Notes under the pieces: generated by a model
Databases searched by the model: none
Seen by the model: the letters and a program-made list of their open reading frames with translations, nothing else
What the model was told of the DNA's origin: nothing
From: a virus
Length of the DNA stretch: 64,000 bases
Virus record (IMG/VR): IMGVR_UViG_3300033141_003168
Span: 1-64,000 of that record
Direction: 5' to 3' (one strand)
Shown: piece by piece, positions 37,490-47,300 of the stretch
Layout: every line of letters starts with the position of its first letter
How positions within the stretch are numbered: position 1 is the stretch's first letter
Program-made: the position numbers and the translations under genes

Positions 37490-39533
37490 AGCAGTAATAA
37501 AGTTTCAACGAGTAGATGATTATGTGTGGGTAGCGTTTCCTTACGACGAGGAAATTCTTGCAGAGGTACAAAAGGTTGAGGGGCGAATTTGGGACGGACA
37601 AGTAAAGCAGTGGAAGGTGCCCGTTGAATGTTTTAAGGAGTTACATCATTACACCAAAGGCTTTCAACGGGAGTACGCGCCGAACCTGCTTGCACCACAC
37701 CTGTTTATCTCAGATCGCTACCCTTACCAGTTGCGATTACACTCTTTGAGTAAAAAGACTCGCGCACAAATCAAGGGTGAATATAAAACCGATCAATTCG
37801 GGATCATTAAACCCGGTCAAGCCATAAGGGCTTTGAAGTCCAGTTCGTTCGTCGTAGACGATCAGAGGGCTATTATGGACTTCATTGAATTGTTACACAA
37901 GGTCAGAACTTCCGTACCCAAAGCACCGGGGATAATTAGGACAGGCAAAGCGTTATTTCCTTATCAATATAAACCCGTCAATACGATGTTAGCCTTCAAG
38001 AGAATAATCGTTGGCGACGAGATGGGATTAGGAAAAGCCGCCTACGGAGTTTTCGCTTTTGCACGATTGCTTTTTCTCAAAAGGATTTCACGTTGTCTTG
38101 TAGTTTGTCTTTCGAGTAAAAAGTATGACTGGCGCGACGAGTTCGATTTTTTCACTAAAGGAATTTCAACGGCAGTTGTTGACGGCGACAAGGTGAAGCG
38201 AACTGACATTTGGAACGGTACGCAAAATGTTACCATCTGCAATTACGAACAACTGGTTAGTGATTTTGGTGAATCGACCACACAGTTTTGGGATGTGGTA
38301 ATGGCAGACGAGATTACTAAGATCAAATCTTTCAAGTCGAAGCGCACTAAGGCTTTTCGTAAATTAGAATCAGAATATCTGTGGATGTTTTCGGGTACAG
38401 TTGTCGAGAACAATTTGTATGAGTTATATAATGCCTTGCGAATATTACATCCCACAAAACTTGAACCTGTTCGACAGTTCGGTATGCGATATGTTAAGCA
38501 AGATCAGTGGGGTGGTATCAAAGGGTATCGTAACATGGACGAGATCAGGGCAAGAGTTCAAGGTATTGTAGTCAGGAGGTTTCGCGAAGATAAAGAGGTT
38601 ATCACAGGTGGCCTCGACAAACAACCCACGGTACACGACGAAGACCCCATCATCGTTGATTTGTGTCCTGTCACACAACGACTTTATAATGCAGTGTCGG
38701 AGGATATGCGCACGACGGCGAAAGCTGCAAATAAATTTGCCCGTGAATTTGGCGCGATGAACCGACTAATTGCAGAACTGATTGAACAACGCGACGAGAT
38801 AAAAAGGATCAAGGTGAAAAAGAAAGTCACAAGGAAAATCAATCGGCTTACCGAAACAATCGAACCAATTAGGAAAGACATGATGGAATTGAGAGGCGCG
38901 ACGGTTTCCTTGTTTACCTTGTTAAGGCAGATTGGGGATTCGCCTTTTTTGTTGCATGACTCGAACGCGGAGGTTGCGGAGAAGTATCAAATCGAGTATC
39001 TTTCAAAATCAGAAGAAGCGCACTCAACGAAGCTTCACAAGTTAGTGTGGTTGTTGCAGGAGGAAATTCCCGAGGGCGCGAAGGTCATAGTGTTCTCGTG
39101 TTTTGAAAGGATGGTACGAAGGATCGCACAAGAATTGAAGTCACACGGTATTACTCGAATGACAGTGGACGGATCGTTAGGAGCAGATGCAAAGTATCAA
39201 AGAGTGCAATCATTTAAGAAACGGCGTACTCGCATCCTTGTCGCTACTGATTGTTTGGCCTACGGCCAGAATCTACAAGAGGCTCAGTATATTGTGAATT
39301 ACGACTTACCTTTTAATCCCGCTGTGTTGCAACAACGCAACATGAGAAATAATCGTGGTGTAGCTACCATGTTTGATGATTTATATATTTATAATTTAAT
39401 TGCCAACACTCCGGTTGAGTTGCGTGTTCTTGAAGTCCTAAAGCCCAAGGTCGAAGTTTCTAAACAGGTGTTCATGTCCAAAAAGAGACAAGGGTTTGGT
39501 TTCAAGGGAATAGTTAAACTCTTGGAAATTTAA
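37440..39533 (+). CDS. SNF2-family helicase-like protein
   Basis: 'GDEMGLGK', 'NYEQL', 'DEITKIK', 'SGTVVEN', 'KVIVFS', 'GQNLQEA', 'NYDLPFNP'. Confidence 0.85.
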   Translation: MATKNPQTKRRKKRRSKAVIKFQRVDDYVWVAFPYDEEILAEVQKVEGRIWDGQVKQWKVPVECFKELHHYTKGFQREYAPNLLAPHLFISDRYPYQLRLHSLSKKTRAQIKGEYKTDQFGIIKPGQAIRALKSSSFVVDDQRAIMDFIELLHKVRTSVPKAPGIIRTGKALFPYQYKPVNTMLAFKRIIVGDEMGLGKAAYGVFAFARLLFLKRISRCLVVCLSSKKYDWRDEFDFFTKGISTAVVDGDKVKRTDIWNGTQNVTICNYEQLVSDFGESTTQFWDVVMADEITKIKSFKSKRTKAFRKLESEYLWMFSGTVVENNLYELYNALRILHPTKLEPVRQFGMRYVKQDQWGGIKGYRNMDEIRARVQGIVVRRFREDKEVITGGLDKQPTVHDEDPIIVDLCPVTQRLYNAVSEDMRTTAKAANKFAREFGAMNRLIAELIEQRDEIKRIKVKKKVTRKINRLTETIEPIRKDMMELRGATVSLFTLLRQIGDSPFLLHDSNAEVAEKYQIEYLSKSEEAHSTKLHKLVWLLQEEIPEGAKVIVFSCFERMVRRIAQELKSHGITRMTVDGSLGADAKYQRVQSFKKRRTRILVATDCLAYGQNLQEAQYIVNYDLPFNPAVLQQRNMRNNRGVATMFDDLYIYNLIANTPVELRVLEVLKPKVEVSKQVFMSKKRQGFGFKGIVKLLEI

Positions 39534-39559
39534 TTACTACGGAAACCGGATTAGTTTTC
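39529..39559 (+). repeat. 31-bp imperfect palindrome, copy 8
   Basis: tttaattactacggAAAccggattagttttc; contains the SNF2 stop codon. Confidence 0.95.
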
Positions 39560-39575
39560 GGAAAGGAGGGACACG

Positions 39576-40073
39576 GTGGCAAAGGTTGATAAGGCGTGGT
39601 GTATAAAAGAGTATCTTGAAATCGCGAGGGAAGAAGTGAAGATTAAAATCAGGAAAGAACGACTGGCAACGGCAATACAAAAACTCGCGGATAAGTTTGA
39701 CAAAGGTACTCCGAAAAATGCAACGCGCAAGTTTGAGGTAGTACACGGTAACAGGAAATACCGTTGCTCCAAAATAGCAAGGTCAACAACGATAGCACTG
39801 TCGGGTGTTGTTGAGGATGTGTTGGGTAAGGAAGCGAAAAACTTTAAAGTTGCAATCGTTAAGGTCGATGACAAATCACTGTCAGGCGATTGGGCCGAAA
39901 TTCCTAAAGAGGCAAAGGTTGCCTTAAAGCCCTACACGAAAGTCAAAAAGGAATACGACGTTAAGAAATTAAACGACGCATTTCTGAAAGGTGACATTAC
40001 CAAATCGCAACTTGTTTCAATGACAGAAGAGGTGGTTGTGTATAATGTCAAAGTTAGTGTTTTAAAGAAGTAG
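39576..40073 (+). CDS. Hypothetical protein
   Basis: 165-aa basic ORF, SD AGGAGG. Confidence 0.6.
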   Translation: MAKVDKAWCIKEYLEIAREEVKIKIRKERLATAIQKLADKFDKGTPKNATRKFEVVHGNRKYRCSKIARSTTIALSGVVEDVLGKEAKNFKVAIVKVDDKSLSGDWAEIPKEAKVALKPYTKVKKEYDVKKLNDAFLKGDITKSQLVSMTEEVVVYNVKVSVLKK

Positions 40074-40108
40074 CGGTACTATAAAAACGAAGAGGAGCCA
40101 GAAGACAA

Positions 40109-41041
40109 ATGGCAACAGAGAAAAAGAAAAGCAAGAAAGTAATTAAGGACGTAAAGGCAGGCGCGGCAGTAAACGTAGAACAGAAGGACAGGATCGGCGC
40201 AAGATCAACCATGCGAGTGAACTTGGGAAATTATTGCCACACAGATCAAACAGTGTGGGTTGATCTTCCGGTAGGTTTTACGGAAGACGAACTTGCGGAA
40301 GCTCTCGCAGGTTCGCGCAAACAACTCGACGGCCTCAACGATGAAATCCAGGCCTTCTTAAAACGGGAGAATCTTTCGATAGGCGACATTCCTGAAGAGG
40401 ATGAAGAGGATGAAGAAGAAGATGAAGGCGAAGAAGAAGACAACGGCGAAGATGAGGAGCCGGAGGAAGATGGGGAAGACGACGAAGAAGAGGAAGAGGA
40501 AGACGAAGAAGGTGGGGAATCCATGACCCGCGACGAGATGGAAAAAAAGAAAGCCTCCGAATTGCGGAAAATTGCAAAGGGTCTCAAACTCGAAACAACG
40601 AAACTCGTTAAAGTTGACCTTATCAACTTGCTTGAAAAACATTGGGCCGAAGGCGGCGACGAAGACGAGGGTGATGAGGACGACGGCCTCGACGAAATGA
40701 CTCGCAAGGAACTCAAAGCGTATGTCAAGGAAAACGAACTCGAAGTGAAGTTCACGAAAAGCAAAACCGAAGAGGACATAGTTAAAGAAATTCGTGATCT
40801 CGAACCGGAAGAAGAAGAGGAGGAAGAGGAAGAAGATGAAGAAGGCCCGGACGAAGACGACCGTCGCGAAGAACTTGAATCCAAGAAGACCAAAATCGCG
40901 GAAGTAAAAAAGATTGCACTTGAACACGGCATTAAAACCAAGGACAAGAAACGTGCCCAGTTAGTCGAAGAAATTCTCGCCGCCGAGTTTGAAGAGGAAG
41001 ACGAAGATGAAGAAGAGGAAGACGACCTGGTCGAAGTTTAA
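40109..41041 (+). CDS. Highly acidic protein with three small helical (Rho-N/HeH-like) modules
   Basis: Long E/D tracts separating 'ELRKIAK..KVDLI', 'MTRKELKAY..EDIV', 'EVKKIA..AQLVEEIL'. Confidence 0.6.
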   Translation: MATEKKKSKKVIKDVKAGAAVNVEQKDRIGARSTMRVNLGNYCHTDQTVWVDLPVGFTEDELAEALAGSRKQLDGLNDEIQAFLKRENLSIGDIPEEDEEDEEEDEGEEEDNGEDEEPEEDGEDDEEEEEEDEEGGESMTRDEMEKKKASELRKIAKGLKLETTKLVKVDLINLLEKHWAEGGDEDEGDEDDGLDEMTRKELKAYVKENELEVKFTKSKTEEDIVKEIRDLEPEEEEEEEEEDEEGPDEDDRREELESKKTKIAEVKKIALEHGIKTKDKKRAQLVEEILAAEFEEEDEDEEEEDDLVEV

Positions 41042-41052
41042 GGAGAAGAAGG

Positions 41053-42309
41053 ATGACGCAAACGAGTGGAAGTATAGAGAGTCGGGTTTTAAGTGCGGCA
41101 GTGAGGTTGAACAAAATCGACTATCTGACCACACGGTTGCGCGAGGAACATTTCACCGGTGTCAATCGGAAGGTGTTCAATTACTTGTTGGAGAAGTGGA
41201 GTCGCCATAAGGCGGCTCCCTCCTTCAAGTTTCTCCGCGAAAAATTTCCGACGTTTGAAGTAGCGTCGCCCAAAAAGTGCAAGGACTTTGAATACCTGAT
41301 TGAAGAATTAAGCGAACGCGCCACCACTGCGACGGTAGCAGGTTTACTTCGCGAGAGCGCAACGATGTTATCTCGCCTCCACGATGAAGGGAAAGTACTC
41401 GAAGTTTTAGATTTTCTCGAATCAAAAATCAGGATTGCGCGTTCACTCAGTATGTCGGGTGAAGCGTTTAAAATGAAAGAGAGGGCGGGCGATTTTATTA
41501 CCAACGACTACAAGAACATTGTTAAGATGGATGGGATGTTGGGAATACCTTTCGGGATCGAAGCGCTTGACGGAGCCGTTCACGGTATGAAGGATGGCGA
41601 ATTGATTGCGCTCTTAGCTTTTGCCGGTGAGGGCAAAACGTATCTTAGTCTTTTGATTTCAGGCTTGTTGTGGCAAGCGGGATACAACGTCGCGTTCTTC
41701 TCACTTGAAATGGACGCGGAGACAGTAGCGCGTCGGTTATATGCAGTTATGGCAGGCGTGTCGGTCGAGGATTATTTATCCGGCGTTTTATCAGATGAAG
41801 AGGTTGACAGGATAGAGGATTTTGCACAAGAGGCGAGTACATGGGACGCGGAACTTATCCTCGACGACGATCCCATCCTCACGAATTCAATGATGAAGTC
41901 AAAGTTGCATGAGTACGGAGTTGACGTAGGTATTGTCGATTATCTGACACTCATGCAAGGTGACCCGACATTAAAAGGTCACATACAGTTTGACGAGTTG
42001 GTGAAAGGTGCAAAATTAGTTGCGCGTGAATTGGGAATCCCGATTCTTGTAAACGCGCAAGGGACTAAAGACTCAGGCGAATCAAAAATACCTCCGAAGT
42101 TAAGTCAGGTGGGAGGTGGTATGCCATTGTCAAAACACACTGATGTGGTAATATCGTTTTGTAGGATCGGGCCGAACTACACAATAGCGATCCGCAAAAA
42201 CAGGAACGCATTATTACAACCCACGATTCGCCTTGTCTGGTCATTGACAGACGGAACAGGACTGCTTTGTGAAAGTACGATAATTCAGGATTTCAATACA
42301 GACATTTGA
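41053..42309 (+). CDS. dnaB: Replicative DnaB-like helicase
   Basis: 'AGEGKT', 'FFSLEM', 'IVDYLTLM', 'KLVARELGIPI', 'IRKNRN'. Confidence 0.85.
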   Translation: MTQTSGSIESRVLSAAVRLNKIDYLTTRLREEHFTGVNRKVFNYLLEKWSRHKAAPSFKFLREKFPTFEVASPKKCKDFEYLIEELSERATTATVAGLLRESATMLSRLHDEGKVLEVLDFLESKIRIARSLSMSGEAFKMKERAGDFITNDYKNIVKMDGMLGIPFGIEALDGAVHGMKDGELIALLAFAGEGKTYLSLLISGLLWQAGYNVAFFSLEMDAETVARRLYAVMAGVSVEDYLSGVLSDEEVDRIEDFAQEASTWDAELILDDDPILTNSMMKSKLHEYGVDVGIVDYLTLMQGDPTLKGHIQFDELVKGAKLVARELGIPILVNAQGTKDSGESKIPPKLSQVGGGMPLSKHTDVVISFCRIGPNYTIAIRKNRNALLQPTIRLVWSLTDGTGLLCESTIIQDFNTDI

Positions 42310-42327
42310 GAAAGGAGTTTACCAAAA

Positions 42328-43242
42328 GTGGGAATTACCAAAAAGTCAGGGAAAGGCAGGTCGGCCAAAAATAAAGGCGACGACAAAATGCCGGTTCGAC
42401 CTAAAGGCATGTCGTTAGAAGATTTTAAGAAGTACAATAAAAGCGAAGAGGCGAAAGGCGGCAAGTACAAAGATTTCCGTAAGAACCATCAATTCACGCC
42501 ACCGCCCGATTCGACTTCATGTGTTCGCTTTATGACAGACGGGCAAGACGCATATTATTATCGCGGCTTTACCCATGAGATTTTTAGCGGTACGAAAAGT
42601 TATCGCGAGTTTCTTTGCCGCAACGATGAAAAAGGAAAGGGTGATTGTCCGGCCTGTAAAAAAGGCGTACCGCGAAAGTTCTTTTCCGTGTGTGCGATTT
42701 ACCTCAAGTGGGTAAAAGACGACGATCAAGAAAAGATCGCGGAGTACAAGTACGGGAAAGAAACCCGTAAGCTGAAAGGTTTTAAATACTGGAGTCATTC
42801 GCGGACGGTGATGAAGCAGATTGCCTCTAAGATCGGTTTGAAAGGATTGAAGGGCCGCGACTGGTTTGTGGTTCGAGAAGGGTCAGGTATGAATGATACG
42901 AAATATTCACTCGAAGGTGACGATCTCTCCAAATTTAAGAAGAAAGTGACAAGCAAAAGTCTTGCGTTCTTCGATAATTATATCAACGGCTTGAACAAGT
43001 CAGTGAAGGAGATCAAGGCAATGATTAAAGGCTGGGAGCCGCAGGAGAGTGATGCGCTTCCCGACGAAGACGACGAGAGTGAGTTTGACGACATGAACAG
43101 GAAGCAGTTAAAGAAATTCATTCGTGAGTACGACGAGGAATTTAAATTTTTCAGTTCTCAGTCGGACGACGATCTTCGCGAAACTGCCGCAAAACTTGAA
43201 GCAGACACGGACGGTGACGATCTCGAAGAAGACGACCTGTAA
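42328..43242 (+). CDS. Single-stranded DNA-binding protein (gp32-like)
   Basis: 'VRF', H..C..CPAC zinc site, 'REGSGMNDTKY', acidic tail; between helicase and primase. Confidence 0.7.
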   Translation: MGITKKSGKGRSAKNKGDDKMPVRPKGMSLEDFKKYNKSEEAKGGKYKDFRKNHQFTPPPDSTSCVRFMTDGQDAYYYRGFTHEIFSGTKSYREFLCRNDEKGKGDCPACKKGVPRKFFSVCAIYLKWVKDDDQEKIAEYKYGKETRKLKGFKYWSHSRTVMKQIASKIGLKGLKGRDWFVVREGSGMNDTKYSLEGDDLSKFKKKVTSKSLAFFDNYINGLNKSVKEIKAMIKGWEPQESDALPDEDDESEFDDMNRKQLKKFIREYDEEFKFFSSQSDDDLRETAAKLEADTDGDDLEEDDL

Positions 43243-43254
43243 AGGAAAGGTTGA

Positions 43255-44196
43255 ATGATTTTAAGTACTTCTACACCCGAAGATGTTTTACATTTTTACG
43301 GAGTATCGACGCGACGGGCCAGTGGCGAACTTTCTTTTATGTGTCCATTTCATCCCGATGGTTCTTATTCGGCTTCAATGAATATTAATACCGGGTTATG
43401 GATTTGCCATTCATGTGGTGAACGAGGAAATATTTATCAGTTCATTGCAAAACAAGAAGGAACATCAATCGCCCAAGCCGAGGAAATGGTTTTTGCGCCG
43501 TCACTAATAATGGCAGGTATGCTTTCGGAACCAGAGGAAGAGGAGGATCGGAATGTTGTTAAGGTTTCCGAAGTCCCATTACCCAGTTACGCGAAATTGT
43601 ATTTTATGAATCGTGGCTTTTCGCTTTTAACATTGAAAGGTTACGGTGTGACTTACGACAGGAACAGCGACAGGGTGTTACTTAAAGTTTCAGACAGTCG
43701 GGGAAACGTGGGAGGAACAATAGGCCGCGCACTTACGAGTAGATTAAAACCGAAATATCTTTTTTCTAAAGGTTTGAAAAAGGGTAGATTTTTATTCGGT
43801 CACGCGCAGGCTTTGCGTTCTTGTATCGGCACGAGGAAATCAAAAGTGCTTCTCGTTGAAGGCCCACTTGATGCAATGAAGGCTGCGCAATCGAGGTTCC
43901 CTGCCGTTGCAGTAATGGGAGCGATTGTTTCCGAGGCGCAGGTGTCGTTACTCGCTTCATCGTTTGATTATGTTTATATCGCCGCCGATGTTGACCCGGC
44001 AGGTCGGGAACTTGAACGTCAAGTAATAACCGTACTGGAGCCGATTTACGGAAACAGGTTGAAGGTAGTGCCGTTGTTACAGAAAGATGTTTGCGATTGT
44101 ACCCATGAAGAGTTAAGGGTTGCAGTCCGAAGTTCCTATTCGCCCCTTGTGTACGATATTACAGAGATTACAGAGGCGCGAATAGCGGAGGCATGA
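43255..44196 (+). CDS. dnaG: DNA primase (CHC2 zinc finger + Toprim)
   Basis: 'CPFH', 'CHSCG', 'PKYL', 'LVEGPLD', 'AADVDPAG'. Confidence 0.88.
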   Translation: MILSTSTPEDVLHFYGVSTRRASGELSFMCPFHPDGSYSASMNINTGLWICHSCGERGNIYQFIAKQEGTSIAQAEEMVFAPSLIMAGMLSEPEEEEDRNVVKVSEVPLPSYAKLYFMNRGFSLLTLKGYGVTYDRNSDRVLLKVSDSRGNVGGTIGRALTSRLKPKYLFSKGLKKGRFLFGHAQALRSCIGTRKSKVLLVEGPLDAMKAAQSRFPAVAVMGAIVSEAQVSLLASSFDYVYIAADVDPAGRELERQVITVLEPIYGNRLKVVPLLQKDVCDCTHEELRVAVRSSYSPLVYDITEITEARIAEA

Positions 44197-44374
44197 AGGA
44201 TATTTTATTTATGTTTATATTGGGATATGCGCAACGAAACACGCCGCGAACAACCTTAACGTCGTGAGAACGTGTTTTCGTTGCGTAAATCGCCATACAG
44301 AGCGCAATTACTGTACCTGTTGCGCCTTTACGTTGTACAATAACGACGGTTAAAGAATTGGGGGTGACAATAAC

Positions 44375-47300
44375 ATCGTTAAGTTAAGAAAAATAAAAGG
44401 ATGTCGCCGTTGCGAATTGCGCGAAGGGGCGACACAAGTAGTCACAGGGCGAGGGCCGAAAGACGCAAAGGTGGTTATTATCGGCGAAGCACCGGGCAAA
44501 GAGGAAGATAAGAGCGGCAAACCTTTTGTGGGCCGTTCAGGAAAACTTCTTTCAGAAGCTTTGAAAAATTCGGGGTTGAAAGAAAAAGATGTTTACATTT
44601 CCAACGTAATAAAATGTCGCCCTCCAGAAAATCGAACACCGACTCGTGAGGAAATTGGTCTGTGTAAAAAATGGCTTGATCTTGAACTCGATCTTATTAA
44701 ACCGGATTTTATAATGACACTTGGAGAAACGGCAATGTTTCGGTTGCTTGATTTTAAAGGAATCGCATCGAGGCGCGGTAAGGTACACAGGTCGGCGGAA
44801 TACGGAAAAGTGTTTGTTACCTATCATCCCGCCGCTGCACTACGCAACGTGAACCTCAAGAAAGTTTTTATGTCAGACGTTGCGCGATTTGTGCGATTAG
44901 TAAAAGGTAAAGTTCGTAAACGTGAAAAGCTTGAGTCTATAGTTTCGATAAAAGGAACAGAGGATAAAAAATTAGTACACCTTCACGTTCACGACGAGTT
45001 TAGTGTGTTGGACGGTTGCGGTAAGGCAGAGGAATTTGTTGGGGCCGCGAAAAGGTTGGGCATGGGTACACTCGCGACAACGAATCACCGATCTATTAGT
45101 GGAGTGCCATCGTTTCTCCGAGCCTGTGACAAAGGTGGCATTAAGCCCATCGTCGGTTGTGAGATCGAAGTCGTTGATGATATGTATTTCAAAGACAAAT
45201 CAACGCGAGGTAAAGCGAGACATTTAATTACGTGGTGCGATGGGCAACAGGGATATGATAATTTATTGAAACTTGTTACTTTGTCAAATGTTGAAGGATT
45301 TTATTTTAAGCCGCGAGTCGATTGGGATATGTTGAAGAAGTACAAAGATGGACTCGTTTTTGGTACCGCTTGTTTAGGTGGGCCGCTTTGCAAGGCCATC
45401 ATGGAACCGGATGAACCAGACCCCGATAAGGTTGCAAAGCGATTAAAAAAGATTTTAGGGGATAACCTTTTTGTTGAAATTATGGCAACAGACCAACCCC
45501 AACAACGGCAAGTAAATAAGGCATTGATAGACATTGCGAAATACCACAAGATGCCACTCGTTGCAACGGTAGATGCGCATTATCCTACGCCACGGTATGC
45601 AGACGTTCACGACATACTCCTGATGGTGCAAATGAATAATACGATCAGGCATACTAACAGATTTAAGTTTGATACAAAACAACTGTATTTGATTCCTTCG
45701 GGCGAAATGAAAACACGTTTACTCGAACAAGGATTACCACCCGACGCAGTTAGAAAGGCAATGCGAAACACGGTAGTGATCGGCAAGACATTGAGTACGG
45801 TAAAGATTCCCAAGCTGAATGTGAAGGACGCGCTTCCAGCCTCGAAGTGGAAAAACGAGTTTAGGGTTTTTGAGAAACGGACTATGGCAAAATGGAGGGC
45901 ATACAAGAAAAATGTTTCTAACGCAAAACGGTCTCGATATATAAAGAGGTTTAAATATGAGTTGGAAGTTATACAAAGGCATGGACTCATTAATTACTTT
46001 TTAATAACCACCGACATTATTAACTATTGCAAAGCCGAAGGCATACGAACAGGATCACGCGGAAGTGCGGCAGGTTCGTTAGTAGCTTTCCTTTTCGGGA
46101 TCACAAAAGTTGATCCGTTAGTTTATGATTTAATGTTTGAAAGGTTCCTTGGGCCGGAACGGTTGCAGTCAGGATCGTTGCCTGACATTGATTTAGACAT
46201 AGATTATACGCGACGTGAAGAAGTCATTAAGTATGTTTGTGATAAGTACGGTGAAGATCACGTTTCTCCATCATGTACGTTTTCAAGGATGCGCGGAAAA
46301 GCGGTTTTAAAAGACGTTGCGAGAACGCAATGTATTCCTGTGAAAGAAATAGAAGCAGTGACGGAGTTAATACAGAGTGAGAAAGAAGACGAATCATCGG
46401 AGGAAATATTTTCAGTTATCGAGGACGCGGTTCAGCAGTTTGAAGTGTTCAGGAAGTTTGAAAAGAAGTATCCGTTAGTAGTTCGTGCGGCTCTGAAATT
46501 AGAAGGTCAGGTTCGACATTTGGGCGTTCATCCGGCAGGGTACTTCATTACGAACAGTAAAATTTCTGAAATCACTCCTATCATAAAAACCGGCAATCGT
46601 TTTGTTACTGGTTACGAGGCGAGCGACCTTGAGAAAATCGGACTTACAAAATTTGATTTTCTTGGGCTTCGTACACTGTCGGTCATAGAGCAGGCATCGA
46701 AAACAGCGAAGGTTAATATTGACGACATACCTACCGACGACGAAAAAGTTTATTATTCATTTTCGCAAGGACACACACGAGGCATATTTCAGTTTGACGG
46801 CGGTGCAACGCGACTCCTGAAACAATGGCACTCACAAAGCATCCTCGACCTAACAATGGTCAACGCGGCGAACAGGCCAGGGCCGTTGCAGTCCGGTATG
46901 ACAAGACGCATTATGGATGATAGAAATGAGCGTCCTGTAGATCAACAGAATTCCGCGTTGGAAGAACTGTTGAAAGAAACTCATGGTGCTTTGATTTACC
47001 AAGAACAGGCTATGAAAATTTTACGCGAAGTTGGTGGCTTATCGTTGCTTGATGTAGATAAAGTCCGCAAACTAATTGCAAAGTCAAAAGGTGTTGCTGA
47101 AATTGAAAAACATAGATTAAAGTTTGTTAAGGGTGCGCGGAAGAATGGATTTACAAAAACTGACGCGAACGATATTTTTAGTTTTTTATCGGAATTTGGT
47201 GGGTATGGGTTCAATCGCAGTCACGCGGCTGTTTACGCCTATCTCGCTTATCAGACAATGTGGTTAAAAGTTCATTACCCTGCGGCTTTTATTGCGGCTT

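Noticed and set aside
40246-40947. Poly-Ser and Phe/Leu-rich minus-strand ORFs
   Set aside because: Antisense shadows of the GAA/GAC-rich acidic protein gene
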